DNA of 64,000 nt from an uncultured Bacteriovoracaceae bacterium (lineage in GTDB: Bacteria > Bdellovibrionota > Bacteriovoracia > Bacteriovoracales > Bacteriovoracaceae): positions 29,233-93,232 of the forward strand of contig CBIHNP010000009.1 of the NCBI GenBank assembly GCA_966211875.1, read 5' to 3'. A program made the position numbers and the translations under genes. The notes beneath the pieces were generated by a model. That model was not told the DNA's origin. It worked only from the letters and a program-made list of their open reading frames with translations, and did no database searches. Position 1 is the stretch's first letter. Each line of letters starts with the position of its first letter. Below are positions 57,727 to 64,000 of the stretch, piece by piece.

Positions 57727-58667
57727 AAGCGCGTGTCTTTAAATCTGCTAAGCGAGAATTCGATTGTAAGTTTGTCGAAAGCGGAAAGACTGTTGTTGCC
57801 ACTGCGTTGGGAAATCTTTTAAAAGGTGATGAAAATTCCATCGTCGTTGGAGACTACGTTATGATTGATGACAAAAATGTCATCGTCGAAGTTCTTCCGC
57901 GCATGAATGAAATTTATCGCCTGATTATTCGCGAACAAAAGAAAAAAGTGACAGCATCGAATTGCGATTTGATGGTCATCGTGAGTTCTGTTTCTCGTCC
58001 GGAATACAAAAGAGGAATCGTTGATCGTTTTCTCGTTCGCGCTCACCAATGGGGAATTCGCCCGTTAATTGTTTTCAATAAAATGGATGAATACAATCCA
58101 AGCGAACTCGATATTCAATTTGAATACGATCGCATGAATAATTTAGGCATCGAATGTTTTGAATTATCTGCGGCCGATCCTGATTATAAACCGCGTTTTC
58201 TTTCTCTTGGTTTCGACGATTTAAAACAAAGACTCGAACACAAAACATCTATCTTCCTGGGCCAGTCGGGAGTGGGAAAGAGTAAACTCATCACTCAAGT
58301 TTCCGAGGGAAAAATCACTCTTCTTTCTAATGAAGTAGGGAAAGTCGGAAAGGGAAAACATACGACAACGTGGAGTGAGATTGTTGATAGCGATCGTATG
58401 TCTTTAATCGATTCTCCAGGAATCAGATCATTCGGTGTTGAAGATTTACAGGAAGAAGAATTAATAACGTACTTTCCGGATATCGAAGAAGGCGCAGTTC
58501 AATGTAAGTTCTCGAATTGTACTCATACAGAAGATTCGAAAGGTTGCTATTTCTATACAAAACTTGACCAAAACGATCCTAAAACTCAATTAATCATGTC
58601 TAGACTTGAATCTTATCTTCGAATGAAAGAAGAAATTTCCGAGACCCCAAGTTACCTTAAAAGATAG
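57720..58667 (+). CDS. rsgA: ribosome small-subunit-dependent GTPase A
   Basis: Circularly permuted GTPase: NKMD precedes GQSGVGKSKL. C-terminal zinc knuckle CKFSNCTHTEDSKGC. Confidence 0.9.
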   Translation: MLKARVFKSAKREFDCKFVESGKTVVATALGNLLKGDENSIVVGDYVMIDDKNVIVEVLPRMNEIYRLIIREQKKKVTASNCDLMVIVSSVSRPEYKRGIVDRFLVRAHQWGIRPLIVFNKMDEYNPSELDIQFEYDRMNNLGIECFELSAADPDYKPRFLSLGFDDLKQRLEHKTSIFLGQSGVGKSKLITQVSEGKITLLSNEVGKVGKGKHTTTWSEIVDSDRMSLIDSPGIRSFGVEDLQEEELITYFPDIEEGAVQCKFSNCTHTEDSKGCYFYTKLDQNDPKTQLIMSRLESYLRMKEEISETPSYLKR

Positions 58668-58725
58668 CTAAAAAATAAAATTTATCTTCCGAGAAGTTCT
58701 TTAGTCAAAACTTGGGAGAACAAGC

Positions 58726-59187
58726 ATGTCTGATTTTAAAGTACTCGATTTCAACAAGAAAAAAGCAGAAACAGTCGAAATGAAGAGAAGAGCTTTCAAT
58801 CGTATTGTATTCCAAAATTTTCTGGGTGCTTATTCTGTTATCGATGATAATGGAACAATCTATCCAGTAACATTAGTAGATATTGCAGGGGACGGATGCT
58901 CATTTCAAGTTCCTTGGAACCCACAAAAAGATAAAAAACTAGCGGCTGATTTTGAAGTTCACATGAGAATGTATTTCACGAATGCTTCTTACATCCCAGT
59001 GATTATGAACGTGCGTCATGCAAAAGAAGTGATCGCCCAAGACGGTACAACTCATATTCAATACGGTTGTGAGTTCGATAAGAGCGTTCCTACGTTTGAA
59101 GCTATGCAAAGTTTCATCGATTTCATCTATAAATTCGCTGAACACTCTGCAATCGATAAAGGTGACACTAAAGTGTATTTCAAATAG
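58726..59187 (+). CDS. PilZ-domain-like protein
   Basis: KRRAFNR plus DIAGDGCSF resemble the RxxxR / D.S..G c-di-GMP-binding motifs. Confidence 0.5.
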   Translation: MSDFKVLDFNKKKAETVEMKRRAFNRIVFQNFLGAYSVIDDNGTIYPVTLVDIAGDGCSFQVPWNPQKDKKLAADFEVHMRMYFTNASYIPVIMNVRHAKEVIAQDGTTHIQYGCEFDKSVPTFEAMQSFIDFIYKFAEHSAIDKGDTKVYFK

Positions 59188-59236
59188 TTCCTACTTATGA
59201 TAGCTTTGTACTCCACTTACCTGGGGTACAAAGACT

Positions 59237-60436
59237 ATGAAATTGGCCATTATCGGCTCGGGTCCTCTCGCCATTTTATGCGCACAATATTTTGATCAAA
59301 TCGGAGCAGAGGTGACGCTGTTTCAAAAAAACGCGCTCGGTGGAAATCTTCGTTTCATGCTCGATCACTTTCCACAAATGCAAGTGACTGCTGAAGGCTC
59401 GTCAAAAACAATCGCGCAAATTTGGGAAGAAGGTTTAGTCCCCGCAATCAATACTCTCGAAGAAAAAAGATTAACGAAGGCCGGAGAAGTTCTGCGCATT
59501 CATAAACGTTTTCTCCATCGCGAAGAAAAAATCGAAGGACGAACACGTCTGCACGATTTGTTTCGCGTGATTTTTTCTGTGAATCCACGTGAAGCGATTT
59601 TAAAACAAGTCGAAGAAAATCCGGAAATGTTCAAACAACTGGGTGAGCAGGTTGTGAACTCGCTTCACATGCCGGTAGAAAGTTTTGAAGACTTTGATAT
59701 CGTCATCGAAGCAACGGGAAGAGGAACAACTCCGCAAGCAATGGGAGCTTCAAATACTCTTGCTCTAAACGAACTCAATATCCGCGAAAGCGCCGCGCTT
59801 TTTTACGAGCGCGATATGTTCACTAAATTCGATCTGCAAGGAAAGTCTCAACTCGTTCTTGTCGGTAACGATGAATCAGCAGCTCTGATGCTTTTAAAGT
59901 GCCGTGATTGGCTTTTTAGCGATCCAAAACATACTCTTGCGTGGGTTACTTCAACTCCAGCGCAAAAGCCGTTTAAGAGCGAATGGCTGAATCATGAAAT
60001 AAAAAATCTTCTGAAATTCTCCAACGAACATTTTGAAGCAGAAAAAGCAGTCTTTGAAACAAAGATTCGCGAATGGCGCGATCTCGAAGATTACGTCAAA
60101 GTCAAAATTCCAAAACCAATTGAGCCGGAAGCGAAATTAAAAATTTACGAAGGCTACGACGTGACATCTGTCGATCGCTTGCTCGATCGAACTGGTGTGT
60201 TTGCAACGATTGAATCACCTGATTTTAGAAAATATGCTCCGGAAAATGATTTAAAAACTCTTCCAGCTGAAGCTATTTTAGTTGGAGCGGGAGTAGAGAA
60301 TTATTCTCTTGGAAAAGGACTGGTAGAAGATGAACCAGGTTACTATTGTCTGAAAGCCGATAATCTCGATGAAGGTTTTGCGATGATTAAAACAATCGAA
60401 GAAAAAATTCTCGCTTTCTTTTCGAGGGCAGAATGA
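59237..60436 (+). CDS. NAD(P)/FAD-binding Rossmann-fold protein (function unknown)
   Basis: N-terminal KLAIIGSGPLA...E dinucleotide-binding fingerprint. Confidence 0.55.
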   Translation: MKLAIIGSGPLAILCAQYFDQIGAEVTLFQKNALGGNLRFMLDHFPQMQVTAEGSSKTIAQIWEEGLVPAINTLEEKRLTKAGEVLRIHKRFLHREEKIEGRTRLHDLFRVIFSVNPREAILKQVEENPEMFKQLGEQVVNSLHMPVESFEDFDIVIEATGRGTTPQAMGASNTLALNELNIRESAALFYERDMFTKFDLQGKSQLVLVGNDESAALMLLKCRDWLFSDPKHTLAWVTSTPAQKPFKSEWLNHEIKNLLKFSNEHFEAEKAVFETKIREWRDLEDYVKVKIPKPIEPEAKLKIYEGYDVTSVDRLLDRTGVFATIESPDFRKYAPENDLKTLPAEAILVGAGVENYSLGKGLVEDEPGYYCLKADNLDEGFAMIKTIEEKILAFFSRAE

Positions 60437-61167
60437 AAATTATCATTGGTTTCATGCTTCTCACACTCATTGGCTGTGCAGACACGGGATTAAAGCCTCG
60501 CACTGTTGAGGATTATTATACTTCCAGCGGAGTTGAAAAATATTTTCTCACTGATCTTCCGACCTGGGCGAACTTTGATCAAAGAGGAAGTTGTTATCGT
60601 TCATCGACGTTACGCTACTTTGATCTCAATGCCTTGATGAAAAGTTACAGCATCAATTACTCTCAAGCAGTTCAGGTGCAGGCAACTTTTAATGAAGAAA
60701 CTGCACTCTACAAAGGAAACAATCTCACTCACGTCACAACTTTGAAAGAAGATGAATTGTTGTTTTATAAAGTGAGTGAAAAAGTTTTCAGCAAACTTAT
60801 TTTCTTCGATCCTCCAACTTACAAGCGAGTAAACTTAGTTCTTCTCGACGAAATTTTAAACGACACTAAAAAAGAAAAAAAACTTAAAGCGTTTCTTTCT
60901 TCTAAAGTGATGGATGAAGGTGTTCCACTCTTAGTGAGTTTCTGTTTGACGAGAGCAGAAGTAGAAAAACGCTATCCGGATCTCAATGCGAAAATGATTA
61001 CGGCAGAAATGTTTTCAGTGTTTACTAAAACAGGAGACAAAGAGCCTCGCTTTCAAATTGATCTGAGCGAGTTCTTTACACCAACTCAAAAAATTTATTT
61101 TTATTCTCAGAATCCAGTTTCAATCAACGGCGAAATTAAAGGTTTATATAAAACACAGAACTATTAA
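60433..61167 (+). CDS. hypothetical lipoprotein
   Basis: Lipobox LTLIGC. Start overlaps the upstream stop by 4 nt. Confidence 0.55.
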   Translation: MKIIIGFMLLTLIGCADTGLKPRTVEDYYTSSGVEKYFLTDLPTWANFDQRGSCYRSSTLRYFDLNALMKSYSINYSQAVQVQATFNEETALYKGNNLTHVTTLKEDELLFYKVSEKVFSKLIFFDPPTYKRVNLVLLDEILNDTKKEKKLKAFLSSKVMDEGVPLLVSFCLTRAEVEKRYPDLNAKMITAEMFSVFTKTGDKEPRFQIDLSEFFTPTQKIYFYSQNPVSINGEIKGLYKTQNY

Positions 61168-61188
61168 AAATTTATTTAAGGAGATTTT

Positions 61189-61725
61189 ATGTTCGGATTA
61201 GGTGGCGTGAAAAAAAGTGAATACAAAGAAGATCTAGATCGTTTAACAGCGGTTTTTAAAACAAACATGGGAGAGTTCGAAGTAGAACTTTTTGCAAAAG
61301 AATGCCCGGAGACAGTATGGAACTTTGTGAACCTTGCAGAGGGAAGACAAGAAACTTCAAAGCAAGGACCATTCTATGATGGTCTAGTTTTTCACCGTGT
61401 GATCGACAATTTTATGATTCAAGGTGGATGTCCTGAAGGAACGGGAAGAGGTGGACCTGGATACCGTTTTAAAGACGAGTTTAACCCAGTTCTTCGTCAC
61501 AGCAGCCCGGGGATTCTTTCAATGGCCAATGCTGGCCCAGGAACAAACGGCTCGCAATTCTTCATCACACTTGTTCCAACTCCACACCTTGACGGACGAC
61601 ACACTGTATTCGGAAAAGTGACAAAAGGAATGGATGTTGTTTCTAAAATCGGAAAGACATCAACAGGTCCTATGGATCGTCCAGTGAAGGATGTTGTGAT
61701 CGAAAAAGTAACTATCGTTAGATAA
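61189..61725 (+). CDS. cyclophilin-type peptidyl-prolyl cis-trans isomerase
   Basis: [39 protein letters not shown]. Confidence 0.95.
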   Translation: MFGLGGVKKSEYKEDLDRLTAVFKTNMGEFEVELFAKECPETVWNFVNLAEGRQETSKQGPFYDGLVFHRVIDNFMIQGGCPEGTGRGGPGYRFKDEFNPVLRHSSPGILSMANAGPGTNGSQFFITLVPTPHLDGRHTVFGKVTKGMDVVSKIGKTSTGPMDRPVKDVVIEKVTIVR

Positions 61726-61818
61726 TTTTTCCCATTCCTTCGATAAGAAAAAGTTTGACGTGGCAAACTTTCAGTTATTCAATACTGAGTACAAATTTAA
61801 CTTATCGAAGGAGATTAA

Positions 61819-62883
61819 ATGAAAAAGTTAAGTGCGGTAGCATTAGCAGCTACTTTAATTTCAGCAAGTGCATTTGCTGGGGATCACACTATCAATGCTG
61901 TTGGTAGAGCAGGATGGATTTACAAAGATAACGATAAAGTAGCTTCAAATTCAAGCTCGTTCAATATCGATTACCTAAGAACAACTTTTGCTGGAGCTGT
62001 AACTCCATCGGTAAAGTACTTCTTAACAGCTGACCTTCTTGGAAACGCAGGAAGTGCTGATCACGATAAAGTGGATAATACATCATCGTATATTGACGAA
62101 GTTTTCGTCACAAAAACTTTCTCATTCGGAACATCTCTTACTGTTGGTAAGAAAGCTGTTCTAGTTGGTGGTAGAGAATACGATTACGCTGATTACGATC
62201 GTTACACTTCTTCATACTTCAAACAAGCAACTCCAGGAAACCAAGTTGGTGCAACTGTTTCTCACGACATTGCAGGACAAACAATTACAGCTCAATACTT
62301 CAACGGTAACAAGCTAAACGGAAAGACTGAAAACTCTCAATCTAAATTTGGATGGGCAGTTGGTTGGTACGGTGACATCGCTCACGGAATGATTAAGCCA
62401 ATCGTAGCTTATACTGTAGCTCCTGAGGCAGCAGGTGATGCTACAACTATTTCTGGTAGCGCTCGTGTTAACAAAGGAAACGATCAGTTCCTAGGTACAG
62501 GTCTTCAATTCAACCTTCCAATGGGGTTGACGGTTGAAGGTGACTACAACCTATTAACTGAAAAAGATGCTGCTGGAACAATCACAGCTAAGAAGGATCT
62601 TAAAACAACTTCTATCGTTGCTTTAGTTCGTTACTCTACAGACAGATTTGCTCCATTTGTTAAATTCATTTCTGATTCAAAAAAGAACGACTCTGTTAAA
62701 ACTAACAAGAGAACAGCTTATGATATCGGCGTTGAATTCAAAGAAGCAAAAGACGATGCAATCAGATACCACGTTGTTTACTCTGGTGCGACAGTTAAAG
62801 ATAACCTAGACACTGCAGAAACAAAATCTTCACCAAAATCAATCCTAGTTGGATTGAAATTTGACGCTGCTATCTTGAAATAA
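61819..62883 (+). CDS. outer-membrane porin-like beta-barrel protein
   Basis: Signal peptide ..SASAFA. Alternating beta-strand pattern, aromatic girdle residues, 354 aa. Confidence 0.6.
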   Translation: MKKLSAVALAATLISASAFAGDHTINAVGRAGWIYKDNDKVASNSSSFNIDYLRTTFAGAVTPSVKYFLTADLLGNAGSADHDKVDNTSSYIDEVFVTKTFSFGTSLTVGKKAVLVGGREYDYADYDRYTSSYFKQATPGNQVGATVSHDIAGQTITAQYFNGNKLNGKTENSQSKFGWAVGWYGDIAHGMIKPIVAYTVAPEAAGDATTISGSARVNKGNDQFLGTGLQFNLPMGLTVEGDYNLLTEKDAAGTITAKKDLKTTSIVALVRYSTDRFAPFVKFISDSKKNDSVKTNKRTAYDIGVEFKEAKDDAIRYHVVYSGATVKDNLDTAETKSSPKSILVGLKFDAAILK

Positions 62884-62902
62884 TTTTGATCTAAAACTTG
62901 AT

Positions 62903-62926
62903 CGCCTAGAATCCAAATTCTAGGCG
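62903..62926. terminator. bidirectional terminator hairpin overlapping the recJ stop codon
   Basis: cgcctagaat-ccaa-attctaggcg perfect 10-bp stem between convergent genes. Confidence 0.55.
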
Positions 62927-64000
62927 GTCAATCATCAGCTGAATCGATTCATTTCCGTTAAAACGATTAAGACCCAACGTAAAAAACACAGATAAATCTT
63001 CTTTCTTCAAATTCTGAGTCGAAAAGATTTCTTCCGGCGACGTCGCTTCATATTTGCCGACGTAATTGAAGCTTATTCCCTTTAATTTGGTTTTTTCTTT
63101 CGAAAGACTCCACTTAACATGGGCCTCTTTTAAAATGTCGTAGGAATCGAGTTTAACGCCTTTAATTTTGAAAATAGGTTTTTCGTTTCCCATTCCGAAT
63201 GGCTCGAGCAGATCGAGATCGCGCATAAGTTTTGGATTGATTTCTCCGGCATCTATTTCGAGGTCGTAGAATTCCATACGCATGCGTTCAATCGCAGGAA
63301 CATCTTTTAACAAAGTGTTCATGTTTTTAATGAACTCTTGTAGATTTTCTTTTTTCATCGACAGTCCGGCCGCAGCTCTGTGTCCGCCGAATTTAATGAA
63401 AAGGTGCTCGTTCTTTTTTAAAAGAGCGAAGATATCAAGCGTTCCCGCACTTCTGCAAGAAGCTTTGATAATTCCCTGATGTTCAGAATCAGTGAAGATG
63501 ATTGCCGGGGCTTTAAATGTCTCAACTAATTTTGAAGCGACAATACCAATAACGCCTTCGTGCCATTCAGGTTGATACACAATCGTGATCAGATGTTCTT
63601 TGTTGTATCCTAAACTTTTTAGTTCGCGCAGAACTTGATCGCGCGCTTCTTTAAAAACTTCGTTCTGAATAAATTTTCTTTCCTGATTACATGTCACAAG
63701 ATGTTCGTAACATTCGCGAGCACGCTCCGGAGTTTTTGCAATCAAAAGTTGCAGGGCAAGTTCAGGGTGATCGAGACGTCCTTTTGAATTGATCAAAGGG
63801 CCGACGTGAAAAGCGAGTTTTTCCGACGGAATTGTTTTCGCTCGCAATTCTTCAGCAGTGAAGAAAGCGCGGAGCCCTGGATACTCAGTGTCTTTTAAAA
63901 GTTTTAATCCATGGCGAACAAGTTTTAAATTCACTGGACTCAAATGAGCGAGATCGCAAATTGTTCCGATCGCTACAAATTGCAGAAGAGGGTAGAGAGT
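62906..64000 (-). CDS. recJ: single-stranded-DNA-specific exonuclease RecJ, C-terminal part (5' end beyond the window)
   Basis: DHHA1 region (GGH.AAAG: FGGHRAAAGLS). The frame stays open from 63943 to the window edge (..FVAIGTICDLAHLSPVN). Confidence 0.85.
   Translation of the reverse strand, partial: TLYPLLQFVAIGTICDLAHLSPVNLKLVRHGLKLLKDTEYPGLRAFFTAEELRAKTIPSEKLAFHVGPLINSKGRLDHPELALQLLIAKTPERARECYEHLVTCNQERKFIQNEVFKEARDQVLRELKSLGYNKEHLITIVYQPEWHEGVIGIVASKLVETFKAPAIIFTDSEHQGIIKASCRSAGTLDIFALLKKNEHLFIKFGGHRAAAGLSMKKENLQEFIKNMNTLLKDVPAIERMRMEFYDLEIDAGEINPKLMRDLDLLEPFGMGNEKPIFKIKGVKLDSYDILKEAHVKWSLSKEKTKLKGISFNYVGKYEATSPEEIFSTQNLKKEDLSVFFTLGLNRFNGNESIQLMIDRLEFGF

Overview
This 64-kb window comes from a low-GC Gram-negative chromosome. 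The housekeeping gene set and the many small secreted or lipoprotein orphan genes suggest a Bdellovibrio-like or Oligoflexia-type bacterium; that is inference only. (1) 1-17.3 kb is ordinary core. It holds ruvX and a tight rho / DUF1385 / prfA / prmC / murA / HIT operon. It also holds an ABC-F ATPase, a YkgJ / methyltransferase / ArsC-family / DTW cluster, and a sigma-54 response regulator. (2) 17.5-23 kb has two tandem ~710-aa paralogous Cys- and Ala-rich membrane or secreted proteins of unknown function, followed by an LCAT-like lipase. (3) 23-38.7 kb has azoR/hxlR, an MCP, and a histidine kinase with a binding protein. It then runs into small secreted orphan genes that include two SLT-type transglycosylases, a HExxH protease and two decayed genes. 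(4) 38.8-56.3 kb is a visibly AT-richer composite genomic island that ends at an intact tRNA-Arg(UCU). The right ~11.4 kb is bounded by a 10-nt direct repeat. It carries a large serine recombinase whose ORF reads into the tRNA, a P4/D5-type primase, a small serine recombinase, an XRE-led six-gene operon of lipoproteins and TM-SHOCT proteins, and an overlapping two-gene module (395-aa protein plus 4-TM protein). The left part carries a 1000-aa ankyrin-like, Pro-tailed protein coupled to two membrane proteins, plus an EF-hand protein. Degenerate tRNA-Arg 3'-half-like remnants mark the internal and outer borders. (5) 56.4-64 kb returns to core: FAD-linked oxidase, rsgA, PilZ, cyclophilin, porin and a partial recJ. 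No rRNA, CRISPR array or transposase was seen. The best candidates for an undescribed system are the island cargo modules (44.9-46.8 kb and 47.6-50.1 kb) and the tandem paralog pair. None could be assigned to a known family from sequence alone.
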